Positions 8,519 through 17,629 of a stretch of DNA of 48,028 nt are shown here, piece after piece. How positions within the stretch are numbered: the first letter of the stretch is position 1; every line of letters begins with the position of its first letter. Below the pieces are notes generated by a model. It had not been told where the DNA came from, did not search any database, and worked only from the letters and a program-made list of their open reading frames with translations. Where the stretch lies: NCBI GenBank assembly GCA_025451655.1, contig JANWKA010000138.1, positions 1 through 48,028 on the forward strand, given 5' to 3'. A program made the position numbers and the translations under genes. This stretch comes from Chitinophagaceae bacterium. GTDB lineage: Bacteria; Bacteroidota; Bacteroidia; Chitinophagales; Chitinophagaceae.

Positions 8519-9994
8519 ATGAGTAAGGAAATTGTCAGCAGGGCAGCCGATTACAGCCAATGGTACAACGACCTGGTGATCAAGGGAGGCCTGGCTGATT
8601 ATTCAGCCGTGAGGGGCTGCATGGTCATCAAGCCCTACGGGTTTTCCCTCTGGGAGCACATGAGGGATCAGCTGGACCGGATGTTCAAGGAAACCGGTCA
8701 CCAAAACGCCTATTTCCCGATCTTCATCCCGAAAAGTTTTCTCAGCCGGGAAGCCGATCATGTGGAGGGCTTTGCCAAGGAGTGCGCGGTGGTGACCCAC
8801 TACCGCCTCAAAACCGATCCCGCGGGCGGGGGATTGATCGTGGACCCCGATGCCAGGCTGGAAGAAGAGCTGATTGTAAGGCCCACCTCGGAAACCATCA
8901 TCTGGAATACCTACAAGACCTGGATCCAGTCCTACAGGGACCTTCCGGTCCTCATCAACCAATGGGCCAACGTGGTGCGCTGGGAAATGCGGACCCGGCT
9001 TTTCCTCCGGACCTCGGAATTCCTATGGCAGGAGGGCCATACGGCCCATGCCACCTCAAAAGAAGCCATGGAGGAAACCCTCCGGATGCTGGAAATCTAT
9101 GCCGGGTTCGTGGAGGAGTTCATGGCCATTCCGGTGATCCGGGGGGTTAAGACTCCATCGGAACGGTTCGCCGGCGCGGTGGAAACCTATTGCATCGAGA
9201 CCCTGATGCAGGATGGAAAGGCCCTGCAGGCGGGGACCTCCCATTTTCTGGGCCAGAACTTCGCCAAAGCATTCGACGTGAAATTCCTGACCCGGGAAAA
9301 CGCCCTGGAATATGTTTGGGCCACATCCTGGGGCGTTTCTACCCGCCTGGTGGGGGCCCTGGTCATGGCCCACGGGGATGATGACGGGCTGGTCATTCCA
9401 CCCCGGATCGCCCCGATCCAGGTGGTGATCGTGCCGGTTTACCGGGGGGAGGATCAGAAAACCCCAATTGACCAGGAAGTGGGGCAAATCATCCTGAAGC
9501 TAAAAGCAGCCGGGATCCGGGTCAAATACGATGATTCCGATCATAACCGGCCTGGATGGAAGTTTGCAGAATATGAGATGAAGGGAGTTCCGGTCCGCCT
9601 GACCCTCGGTTCCAGGGATCTTTCCAGCCGGGTGGTCGAGGTCGTCCGTCGGGATACCCGTGAAAAAATGAGCTGGCCCCTGGAAGGGCTGGCTGCGGCC
9701 CTGGAGCAGTTGCTTGGCCAGATCCAGGAAAACCTGTTTTCAAAAGCCAGGACCTTTTTAACGGATCATATCACCCCGGCCGATGATATGGAGACCCTCA
9801 CGGCCATCCTGGACGGAAAGGGGGGCTTTGTTTCCGCCCATTGGGACGGCAATCCCCAGACCGAAGAGAAGATCAAAGAGCTCACCAAAGCCACCATCCG
9901 GTGCATCCCCCTGGAGGCGGGTGGGGGAGAAGGGAAATGCGTGCTGACCGGCCGGCCTTCCGCCAGGCGGGTCCTTTTCGCCAGGGCTTATTGA
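8519..9994 (+). CDS. proS: Proline--tRNA ligase (archaeal/eukaryote-like type)
   Basis: [46 protein letters not shown] is the characteristic N-terminus. Class II core follows ([26 protein letters not shown]). The ORF track starts at GTG 8513. ATG 8519 is preferred. Confidence 0.95.
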   Translation: MSKEIVSRAADYSQWYNDLVIKGGLADYSAVRGCMVIKPYGFSLWEHMRDQLDRMFKETGHQNAYFPIFIPKSFLSREADHVEGFAKECAVVTHYRLKTDPAGGGLIVDPDARLEEELIVRPTSETIIWNTYKTWIQSYRDLPVLINQWANVVRWEMRTRLFLRTSEFLWQEGHTAHATSKEAMEETLRMLEIYAGFVEEFMAIPVIRGVKTPSERFAGAVETYCIETLMQDGKALQAGTSHFLGQNFAKAFDVKFLTRENALEYVWATSWGVSTRLVGALVMAHGDDDGLVIPPRIAPIQVVIVPVYRGEDQKTPIDQEVGQIILKLKAAGIRVKYDDSDHNRPGWKFAEYEMKGVPVRLTLGSRDLSSRVVEVVRRDTREKMSWPLEGLAAALEQLLGQIQENLFSKARTFLTDHITPADDMETLTAILDGKGGFVSAHWDGNPQTEEKIKELTKATIRCIPLEAGGGEGKCVLTGRPSARRVLFARAY

Positions 9995-10044
9995 ACCTGG
10001 GTTGTTTGCCGGATTAAACCAATTCCCTAATTTGGGCCGGGTTC

Positions 10045-10371
10045 ATGTATACCGCCTCCATATATTTCAGCGCCCTGAACTGGCTGCAGCACCATATGCT
10101 GACCTGCCTGTTCCGCAAGATCTTCCATATCGACTGTCCGGGGTGCGGATTTCAGCGTTCTGTCCTGGAGTTGCTCCGGGGAAATTTTTCCCTGAGTTTC
10201 CATTTATATCCGGCCACAGTGCCCATTTTTTTCCTGATGGGATTTACGGGCCTCCACCTGATGCTGAATTTCCGCAATGGCGCCCTGATCATTAAATACG
10301 GTTACCTTTTAACCGGGGCCCTGATCCTGGTCACCTATATTCTTAAACTCATCTCCCAACATCTGCTTTGA
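10045..10371 (+). CDS. DUF2752 domain membrane protein
   Basis: 108 aa. CPGCGFQRS motif followed by hydrophobic helices. Confidence 0.7.
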   Translation: MYTASIYFSALNWLQHHMLTCLFRKIFHIDCPGCGFQRSVLELLRGNFSLSFHLYPATVPIFFLMGFTGLHLMLNFRNGALIIKYGYLLTGALILVTYILKLISQHLL

Positions 10372-10736
10372 TGGAACCATACCAGTCCACCCCGGAACCC
10401 AGACTCCAACAAGCCCTCCCTAATGCATCTGCGGTCCTTGTCCTGGGGATCCTTTCCATAATTCTTTGTTGCTGCTATGGCAGCGGCGGGATCCTGGGCA
10501 TTGTCAGCCTGGTTCTGGCATCGCGGGACGAAAAGCTTTACCAGGCCGATCCCGGGAGATTTCAGCCAGGGTCTATCAAGAACCTCCGGGCTGGTAAAGT
10601 TTGTTCGATCGTCGGGCTTTGCCTTTGCGCCATTTATCTTTTGCTGATCATCATCATCATCCTCAATTTCGGTTTCGATTCCCTGACCCATCCCGGACTC
10701 CTCCAGGAAAGGCTCAACCAATGGAGGACGACCTGA
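10371..10736 (+). CDS. Small CCC-motif membrane protein
   Basis: Two hydrophobic helices, with ILCCCYGSGGILGIVSLVLASRDEKLY in the first. Its ATG overlaps the upstream stop (TGATG). Confidence 0.6.
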   Translation: MEPYQSTPEPRLQQALPNASAVLVLGILSIILCCCYGSGGILGIVSLVLASRDEKLYQADPGRFQPGSIKNLRAGKVCSIVGLCLCAIYLLLIIIIILNFGFDSLTHPGLLQERLNQWRTT

Positions 10737-10883
10737 ATCCTCCAGGCCCGCATCCTTCCCGGGCTTCGCCCGCATGCCCAGAAAATCCCGGAAATCCTGA
10801 CTTTCCCGGGACCACCGATATTTTTCCGTTACCCCGGAATAGCCTATTTTTCAACCTAAAAAACCCTGCCTGAACCATAATCT

Positions 10884-11717
10884 ATGAAGGCACAAGTGAA
10901 ACTGGAATTGAGGAAAATCAGGGACCTGGGAGATAATATCAGCGATACCTTCCTTTTCATCCGGATGCATGCGGGGAGCCTGATCCGGAACTATTTTACC
11001 ATTTGCGGCATTTTCATCCTGGTTGTCGCGACCGGAGCCGCCCTGATGGGGCATGACTTCAGCAGGCTGATCAATTTTTATAGTCTGACCGGCCTTCCTC
11101 CCACCGGCTCCAATTTCCTGGTCAAAGTGATCTTCTTCGGGGTGATCCCGGGGTGGTTCGCCCTGGTCGCGGTGGGGGTGATGGTCAATTCCTACATGCT
11201 TTGCTATGACTCCCAGCCGGGGATTCCCCGCCCATCCACCGTCTGGAAAGTATTCCGGAAGTTCTATTTCAGGGTGCTGCTCAGCTCCATTCCCGTTTCC
11301 TTCCTGATCCTCGCCGGGACCCTGTTTTGCATCGTTCCCGGCATCTACCTGAGCGTGGTGCTGACCAATTACATCTGCATTACGGTGATTGAGGATGTCT
11401 CCCTGGGGACCATGTTCAACCGGTGTTTCACCCTCATCCGCACCAGCCTTTGGTCCTCCCTTGCCATCTACCTGATTATTTACCTGATCGCAGCACTGGT
11501 GGAGCTGATCCCCTTTGGGATCCTGGCGGTCACCATGCTGGTGCTGAGCTCCAGGGACCATCCCGTGATCGCAGGGCTGATGCTTTCGGCCCTCAGCTTC
11601 TTCCGGTTGCTGTTTTATGTACTTCCCATGATCTCGGTTTCCCTGAATTATTTCACCCTGACTGAAAGGGTGGACGGCCTCGGCCTGATCCGCAGGAAAC
11701 TCCAGGCCGGAAGCTGA
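10884..11717 (+). CDS. Multi-pass integral membrane protein, unknown function
   Basis: 277 aa with about 6 predicted hydrophobic helices. I recognise no catalytic motif. Confidence 0.6.
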   Translation: MKAQVKLELRKIRDLGDNISDTFLFIRMHAGSLIRNYFTICGIFILVVATGAALMGHDFSRLINFYSLTGLPPTGSNFLVKVIFFGVIPGWFALVAVGVMVNSYMLCYDSQPGIPRPSTVWKVFRKFYFRVLLSSIPVSFLILAGTLFCIVPGIYLSVVLTNYICITVIEDVSLGTMFNRCFTLIRTSLWSSLAIYLIIYLIAALVELIPFGILAVTMLVLSSRDHPVIAGLMLSALSFFRLLFYVLPMISVSLNYFTLTERVDGLGLIRRKLQAGS

Positions 11718-11821
11718 CCGCCAGAGCTGGTATGGGTGTGAGGGACAAAAGGCATTAAAATCAAAAAATCCGGATCAGGTTGATTTATAATATTTTGTAT
11801 ATTTTTTGAAATATAATTTAG

Positions 11822-11829
11822 TAATTTTG
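11822..11829 (+). promoter_or_regulatory. Candidate -7 promoter box (TAATTTTG) upstream of the LytTR regulator
   Basis: TAnnTTTG match in an AT-rich spacer, 48 nt upstream of ATG 11877. Confidence 0.4.
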
Positions 11830-11876
11830 CTGTTTGTAAGGATAAATGTATAATTTAGGTACCCCCAAATTATCCT

Positions 11877-12653
11877 ATGGAGACCATTCGGGCCATTATT
11901 GTTGAAGACGAGCCCAAAAACGTCGATATACTCACCAATATCCTGGAGAAATACTGTCAGGACGTGGAAGTGGTGGGGGTGGCCAATAGCGTCAGGGAAG
12001 GGGTTAAACTGATCAATTCCACTCCCCCCGACGTACTTTTCCTGGATATCGAGATGCCCCCCCAAAAAGGCTTTGAGGTCCTGGAAATGCTCCCGACCAT
12101 CAATTTCGATGTCATTTTCATCACCGCTTACCAGGAATATGCCCTTCAGGCCATTAAATTCGCGGCCCTGGACTACCTGCTGAAGCCCCTGAAGGTGAGC
12201 GAGGTGAAAACCGCCCTGGAAAAAGTGCGCAAGCACCGCCAGAATTCCAGCCATGGCGCAGGACCCAATGAATTGGCTACCGTCCTCAAGGATTATCTCA
12301 AGAGCAAGGACAATAATTTCTCCAAGATTGTCATCCCGGTCAATGACGGATACAATGTGGTGGATCTGAAGGAAATCCTGTATTGCGAGGCCCTGGACAG
12401 CTATACCAAGATCCAGCTCACCCGCAATACCAATCACGTAATCAGTAAATCCCTGAAGGAATATGAGGAAATGCTGGGGGATAAGGGCTTTTTCAGGGTA
12501 CACAAATCATTCCTGATCAATATGCACCATATCACCAAGATCATTAAGGGTCTCGGAGCAGCGGTGATCATGTCCGACCAGATGAACATTCCCATTTCCT
12601 CCCGCAAAAAGGAAGAATTCTTCAATAAACTCAAGGAATTCATGAATATCTGA
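11877..12653 (+). CDS. Two-component response regulator, LytR/AlgR (LytTR DNA-binding) family
   Basis: Receiver domain (IIVEDEP...VLFLDIEMP...ITAYQEYALQAIKFAALDYLLKP). C-terminal LytTR domain (ILYCEALDSYTKIQL...FFRVHKSFLIN). Confidence 0.9.
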   Translation: METIRAIIVEDEPKNVDILTNILEKYCQDVEVVGVANSVREGVKLINSTPPDVLFLDIEMPPQKGFEVLEMLPTINFDVIFITAYQEYALQAIKFAALDYLLKPLKVSEVKTALEKVRKHRQNSSHGAGPNELATVLKDYLKSKDNNFSKIVIPVNDGYNVVDLKEILYCEALDSYTKIQLTRNTNHVISKSLKEYEEMLGDKGFFRVHKSFLINMHHITKIIKGLGAAVIMSDQMNIPISSRKKEEFFNKLKEFMNI

Positions 12654-12836
12654 CCCGGTTTCAGGCATTCTCCCCTTTCTTCTGGCCAGTTGGTCTTTCC
12701 CCCCGAAATCGGATTCAGGGTCTTCCCCTGGGAGATAATATGACCTTCCGGATTTCCTTTACCCCTCGTTTCTTTACGTTTACTGACAATTTATTAACAT
12801 TTACCAAATTGAAGGTTTCCTAGAATAATAACACAA

Positions 12837-12844
12837 TATTTTTG
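12837..12844 (+). promoter_or_regulatory. Candidate orphan -7 promoter box (TATTTTTG)
   Basis: TAnnTTTG match 184 nt after the LytTR stop and about 40 nt upstream of the hairpin at 12885. Confidence 0.3.
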
Positions 12845-12884
12845 TATAGGTTTTTCATAGGATATGGTTATCTTTTTAATCATG

Positions 12885-12914
12885 GGGGCTGCTGTCTAGC
12901 AGCCCCTCCTTTTT
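12885..12914 (+). terminator. Rho-independent terminator (+ strand)
   Basis: Perfect 9-bp stem GGGGCTGCT / AGCAGCCCC with loop GTCT, followed by TCCTTTTTAT. Confidence 0.7.
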
Positions 12915-12917
12915 ATG

Positions 12918-12952
12918 CCCAAATGAAAGCCCCGGCTTTCGCCAGGGCTTTC
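12918..12952 (-). terminator. Probable terminator of htrA (- strand)
   Basis: On the minus strand this is GAAAGCCCTGGC-GAAA-GCCGGGGCTTTC, a 12-bp stem with one G-U pair and a GAAA tetraloop. ATTTGGG follows, so the U tract is weak. On the plus strand the same position is a C-A mismatch, which favours minus-strand function. Confidence 0.35.
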
Positions 12953-12994
12953 CGGGATGCATTCACCTGTGATCCCGCATTTTCCCCAACAGGA

Positions 12995-14506
12995 TTACCT
13001 GGAGGGGTTTTTGATATTGTTCAAACCGTAATAGAAGACGCCGTCCTGGTCGGGATAGATCCCTTCCACCTGCACATTGCCGCTCTGCTTTTCAATCGCT
13101 GATCTGAGGCTAGCCACATCTGTTACCGGGTAATTGCCCACCTTGGTGATGATGAAACCCGGCTGCATGTCGGTCTGTTCCCGTATGATTCCGCTCCCGA
13201 TATTTTGCACCTGGACTCCTCCGCTGATTCCGAGCTTGGAGGCCTGGGCCGGGGAAAGGGTTTGGAAATTCGCTCCCAGTTCGTCCAATATGGTGGTCCT
13301 CACGATCCCCGTGTTTCCGTTTTTGTTGCGCAGGGTGATATTGAGGGACTCTTTATCTCCACCGCGGAGGAAGGTGACGTTCACCCGGTCCCCCGGACGG
13401 TAACCTGCAATAAGTTCCATCAGTTCTGGTTCCGTATTGACATCAACCCCGTTGACGGAGAGGATCACATCCCCGGCCTTCATTCCCGCTGCGGCTGCGC
13501 CGCCTCCAGGTTCCACGCCCATGATCTGGACCCCCTTTTCAGGCATCGGGTTGGTGAGGGAGGCCCGGTAAGCCGGATTTTCCAGGTTGGGGAGGGAAAC
13601 TCCCAGAAAAGCCCGTTGGACGGTTCCGTATTTTAAAAGATCATTAACGGCTTTTTTGACCAGGTTGACCGGGATGGCATAGGCATAGCCGGCATAAGAC
13701 CCGGTTGGGGATGCGATCGCAGAGGTGATTCCGATCAGTTGCCCCTCGGTATTGACCAGGGCCCCGCCGCTGTTCCCCGGGTTTACTGCGGCATCCGTCT
13801 GGATGAAGGACTCCACGGGATTGACTCCATCGTCATTCACTCCGATATCCCTGGATTTCGCACTCACGATGCCCGCGGTTACGGTGGTCTCCAGGTTCAG
13901 CGGATATCCTACGGCCAGCACCCACTGGCCGACCTTCACGTCATCCGAATTGCCAAAAATGATATAGGGAAGATGACTGGCGTGGATCTTCAAAAGCGCC
14001 AGGTCCGTATTCGGATCCCGGCCAATCACCCGGGCGGTATAGGTATCCCGGTTGTTGAGGGTGACCGTGACGGTATCGGCTCCGTCCACCACATGGTTGC
14101 AGGTTACGATATAACCGTCATCGGAGACCAGCACCCCGGAACCGGCAGCCTGCTGCCCCGGAATATAATATCTTCCTCCCCCGTGCCCGAAGAACTGGGA
14201 AAAAGGGTCGTTGTCCCCGAACAGATCACCGAAAGGCTGGTGGGGCATGTTATTGGAAATTTCCTTGGGTCTCGTCTTGGTCCGGATATGAACCGTGGCC
14301 GGGCTGGCGATTCCTGCCGCCTCTTCGAAATCGGCAGGGCCTGCGGATGCAGATGGTCCAGAATAACTGACATAATTTACGGGCACTTTGGCCAGAACCG
14401 GAACGCCTGCATCAGGTTTCCCTTTGAACTGGCTGTATAAAAAAACACTACCCAATGCAGTGGCCGCGCTGATCAGCACGGTCGCGGCGATGTTTTTAAT
14501 TTTCAT
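12995..14506 (-). CDS. htrA: Do/HtrA-family periplasmic serine endopeptidase with two PDZ domains
   Basis: N-terminal membrane/signal anchor. Trypsin-like core with TCNHVV (His), DLALLKI (Asp) and GNSGGAL (Ser). Two PDZ-like regions follow. Confidence 0.92.
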   Translation of the reverse strand: MKIKNIAATVLISAATALGSVFLYSQFKGKPDAGVPVLAKVPVNYVSYSGPSASAGPADFEEAAGIASPATVHIRTKTRPKEISNNMPHQPFGDLFGDNDPFSQFFGHGGGRYYIPGQQAAGSGVLVSDDGYIVTCNHVVDGADTVTVTLNNRDTYTARVIGRDPNTDLALLKIHASHLPYIIFGNSDDVKVGQWVLAVGYPLNLETTVTAGIVSAKSRDIGVNDDGVNPVESFIQTDAAVNPGNSGGALVNTEGQLIGITSAIASPTGSYAGYAYAIPVNLVKKAVNDLLKYGTVQRAFLGVSLPNLENPAYRASLTNPMPEKGVQIMGVEPGGGAAAAGMKAGDVILSVNGVDVNTEPELMELIAGYRPGDRVNVTFLRGGDKESLNITLRNKNGNTGIVRTTILDELGANFQTLSPAQASKLGISGGVQVQNIGSGIIREQTDMQPGFIITKVGNYPVTDVASLRSAIEKQSGNVQVEGIYPDQDGVFYYGLNNIKNPSR

Positions 14507-14529
14507 GGTTTCTTTTTTTTCTGTAACAA

Positions 14530-14537
14530 CAAATTTA
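14530..14537 (-). promoter_or_regulatory. Candidate -7 promoter box (TAAATTTG on minus strand) for htrA
   Basis: TAnnTTTG match 24 nt upstream of the htrA start codon. Confidence 0.4.
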
Positions 14538-14609
14538 ACGCCGGGAAAAATATTTCAAATCGCGCCGTTTTTACTTTAACAATAATTTAGGCAGAACACT
14601 CCGGATCAA

Positions 14610-15629
14610 TCAAAACCGGGTCTGCAGGGATTCCAGGAATCCCATGGTGCTGACCCCGTCGGCCCAGTCCTGGAGCCCAGGCTCCTGGCTGGAGCCGAAT
14701 GCAATCCCGTCCCTGCCCACGATGCACTGGAGGTCCTGCCGCTCTTTGGAAAGGATCCCGGGGTTCCCGGCTCCCAGGTAAAACTGGTAGTGCAGAACCC
14801 CGATCGGGGAAAATGGAGATGGGTCTTCCACCAGGAGCAAATGGGGGCGGGACATAAATGGGGTCCGGTTCAGCAGGAAGACGGCCAGACGGTAATCCAG
14901 ATTATTGCGATACCGGTGGTGATCTGCCAGGAATGCAAAGGGGGATGTAGATTCCAGCAGGGGAAGGAAATCGTATCCCTCAGGCACCCAGATCTGGGTG
15001 ACGCTGCGGCATCCCATCCCGAAATAAAGGAGGATGTCCCTTGAAAGGCCTTCCAGTTCCTCAGGGGATTCCCTGCCGCTAACCAGGGCTACCGAGGTCC
15101 GGTTCCTCCGGATCAGGCTCGGCCGGGAGGAAAAATAATATTCGAAGTAACGGGCCGAGCCATCACTTCCGGTGGCGATATAGGCATCACACCCCGGAAG
15201 CGGGCCGCCGGTGGTAATCCAGCCTTCCAGTCCAGGCTCCCATTGCAGAAGCAGGGAAAGGATTTGGCCCCAGAGCAACTCGTCCTTATGGGAAAATTTG
15301 ATCCGCATCCGGTACCCGCTCAAAAAGACGCAGAGGAAATCATGGAAACCCACCAGCGGAATATTTCCTGCCATCACCAGGCCTATGGTCCGGTTCTGTT
15401 TTTCAGGTTCCAGGAAGGGAAACCCGGAGACCCATTCCCGAAGCAATCCGGGATCCAGGAACCGCCTGCAGATCTGTCGGACCGCGTGATCGACGAAAGG
15501 TTCGATGAACCAGGGGTTGGCAAAACCGGCCCGGGCGACCGCATCCTTCCATTCAGGATCTTTTGAGGACAGATAGGCCCCCAGCCTTTCCATCAAAAGG
15601 AGCCTTCTTTCCAGGGGGATCAGGGGCAC
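14610..15629 (-). CDS. LuxC-like acyl-CoA reductase family protein
   Basis: 339 aa. The N-terminal pattern LGAYLSS...AVARAGFANPWFIEPFVDHAV and overall length match the Bacteroidota acyl-CoA reductase family, which is usually found next to a ferredoxin gene. Assigned from memory of the family, not from a catalytic motif. Confidence 0.55.
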   Translation of the reverse strand: MPLIPLERRLLLMERLGAYLSSKDPEWKDAVARAGFANPWFIEPFVDHAVRQICRRFLDPGLLREWVSGFPFLEPEKQNRTIGLVMAGNIPLVGFHDFLCVFLSGYRMRIKFSHKDELLWGQILSLLLQWEPGLEGWITTGGPLPGCDAYIATGSDGSARYFEYYFSSRPSLIRRNRTSVALVSGRESPEELEGLSRDILLYFGMGCRSVTQIWVPEGYDFLPLLESTSPFAFLADHHRYRNNLDYRLAVFLLNRTPFMSRPHLLLVEDPSPFSPIGVLHYQFYLGAGNPGILSKERQDLQCIVGRDGIAFGSSQEPGLQDWADGVSTMGFLESLQTRF

Positions 15630-15704
15630 AAAAAATGGTTTAAACGATAAAAGCGTTTATTTTTGTCCTGCAAATTTACCCTTAGCTTTCAAACCGGACC
15701 GAAA

Positions 15705-16052
15705 ATGGCCATAAAGATCACTGATGAATGCATCAATTGCGGAGCCTGTGAACCAGAATGCCCCAATAATGCCATATATGAGGGTGGGGTAGAATGGGCG
15801 ATTGCGGACGGAACGACCGTAAAAGGCGAGTTCACCCTGCTGGATGGCACCCAGGTGGATGCCAGCCAGCGGATGCCCCCGGTCAGCACCGATATTTATT
15901 ATATCACTCCGAATAAGTGTACCGAATGCCAGGGCTTCCATGAGGAGCCCCAATGTGCTGCCGTTTGCCCGGTGGATTGCTGTGTTCCGGATGAAATGTA
16001 CCGGGAAACCGTGGAAGAGTTGCTGGGCAAAAAGGAGAAGCTCCATATGTGA
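15705..16052 (+). CDS. 4Fe-4S dicluster ferredoxin
   Basis: Starts MAIKITDECINCGACEPECP. Second cluster is CTECQGFHEEPQCAAVCPVDC. Start is trimmed to ATG 15705 within ORF 15663..16052. Confidence 0.9.
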   Translation: MAIKITDECINCGACEPECPNNAIYEGGVEWAIADGTTVKGEFTLLDGTQVDASQRMPPVSTDIYYITPNKCTECQGFHEEPQCAAVCPVDCCVPDEMYRETVEELLGKKEKLHM

Positions 16053-16103
16053 CCCGCCTCCCCTCGGTCGTCCAACCAGATCGATTCAACAAACCCCCAT
16101 TCC

Positions 16104-16580
16104 GTGAAGTTATACTGGCTTTTGCTTTCCTCGACCCTGGTTGGGGCCGGATGTTCCTCCCCCTCAGGAAAGGGTGCCGGCACCGGCGGGGATTCGGCGA
16201 AAAACAACCTGCTGGCGGCGGATCTCGCATTTTCTGCATTGTCCGCGAGCCATGGCCAACAGTATGCCTATATGCGGTACATGGCGGACAAGGGGGTGCT
16301 GCTCCGGCCCAGCCATGACCCGATGAAGGAATCCATGGTCCGTCTTTTCATACAGATGATGGATACCAGTAAAAGTTCGATGACCTGGCAGCCCACCGAC
16401 GGGGAAGTGTCCGCCGGCGGGGATCTCGGCTACACCTACGGGGTTTATACTTACCGGAAGAGGGATTCCCTGGTCCAGGGCACTTATGTAACGGTCTGGA
16501 AAAAAGATCCGGAGGGCCGGTGGAAAGCCGTGCTCCAGTCCGGAAACCCGGGTCTGGCTCCTATCCATCCTGCCCCATGA
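16104..16580 (+). CDS. SnoaL/DUF4440-like (NTF2-fold) lipoprotein
   Basis: GTG start. Lipobox LVGAGCSS. The C-terminal pattern GDLGYTYGVYTYR...GTYVTVWKKDPEGRWKAV is typical of YybH/DUF4440 proteins. Confidence 0.6.
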   Translation: MKLYWLLLSSTLVGAGCSSPSGKGAGTGGDSAKNNLLAADLAFSALSASHGQQYAYMRYMADKGVLLRPSHDPMKESMVRLFIQMMDTSKSSMTWQPTDGEVSAGGDLGYTYGVYTYRKRDSLVQGTYVTVWKKDPEGRWKAVLQSGNPGLAPIHPAP

Positions 16581-16599
16581 TTGCAATCCGCATCCCCTT

Positions 16600-17607
16600 A
16601 TGAGCATTCCTGTCGCCCTGATGGCCGGAGGGTATTCCGGGGAATCCGTGATCTCTGTCCAGAGCGCCGCCCTGATCCGGGCCCATCTTGACCCCGGAGA
16701 ATTCGAAGTCTATACGATCCTGGTCACCCGGGGGTCCTGGTCCTGGCAATCTCCTGAGGGAAACCAGGTCGAGGTGGACCGGAATGATTTTTCCCTCCCT
16801 TACCGGGGCAGGACCATCCGTTTCAAGGCCGTGTTCATCGCCATTCATGGCACCCCGGGAGAGGACGGCAGGCTTCAGGGATACCTGGACATGCTTTCCA
16901 TCCCCTATACCGGTTGCGGCGTGGTCACCTCCTCCCTGACCTTCAACAAGAGCTTCTGCAACCAGGTGGTGAAAAGTTTCGGAGTTGTTGAGGTGGCCGA
17001 TTCCGTCCACCTGCACCGCGGAAACGCCTGTGATTGCGATGCCATTATTGCCCGGACCGGCCTTCCCTGCTTTGTAAAGCCCAACGAGGGCGGATCCAGC
17101 ATCGGGATGTCCCGGGTGAACCGCGCAGGGGACCTTCCCGGGGCCCTGGAAAAAGCCTTCAGGGAGGATGACCAGTTGATCGTGGAGCATTTCATCAGCG
17201 GAAGAGAGTTCACCTGTGGAATTTATCGTTCCGGAGGGAAACTGGTCGTCCTTCCTGTGACTGAGATCATTTCCAACAACGAGTTTTTCGACTATGAGGC
17301 CAAATATACCCCGGGCAAATCCCGGGAAATCACCCCGGCTGAAGCTCCCCGGGAAGTCCTGGATAAAATATCTTCCGCATCCAGGGAGTTATATATCCGG
17401 CTGGATTGCAGGGGCATTGTCCGCATTGACTTTATCCTGCGGGGGGAGGACGGGATCCTGTTCTTCCTGGAGGCCAACACCATGCCCGGCCAGTCGGAGA
17501 ACAGCCTGGTTCCCCAACAGGTTAGAGCCAGCGGCAGGACCCTGGAAGCTTTTTACGGAAACCTGATCCGGGAATGCCTTTCGCCATCCCGGGCCGCTTT
17601 TGATTAA
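16600..17607 (+). CDS. ddl: D-alanine--D-alanine ligase
   Basis: ALMAGGYSGESVISVQSA, IAIHGTPGEDGRLQGYLDMLSIPYTG, the ATP-grasp core, and EANTMPGQSENSLVPQQ. Confidence 0.92.
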   Translation: MSIPVALMAGGYSGESVISVQSAALIRAHLDPGEFEVYTILVTRGSWSWQSPEGNQVEVDRNDFSLPYRGRTIRFKAVFIAIHGTPGEDGRLQGYLDMLSIPYTGCGVVTSSLTFNKSFCNQVVKSFGVVEVADSVHLHRGNACDCDAIIARTGLPCFVKPNEGGSSIGMSRVNRAGDLPGALEKAFREDDQLIVEHFISGREFTCGIYRSGGKLVVLPVTEIISNNEFFDYEAKYTPGKSREITPAEAPREVLDKISSASRELYIRLDCRGIVRIDFILRGEDGILFFLEANTMPGQSENSLVPQQVRASGRTLEAFYGNLIRECLSPSRAAFD

Positions 17608-17629
17608 CTTGCGCCCTGATCCTCCTGGC

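Noticed and set aside
12842-13102. An 86-aa plus-strand ORF from the ORF track spanning the LytTR-htrA spacer.
   Set aside because: It starts at a non-ATG codon, runs straight through two terminator hairpins and into the antisense of htrA. It is not credible as a gene.
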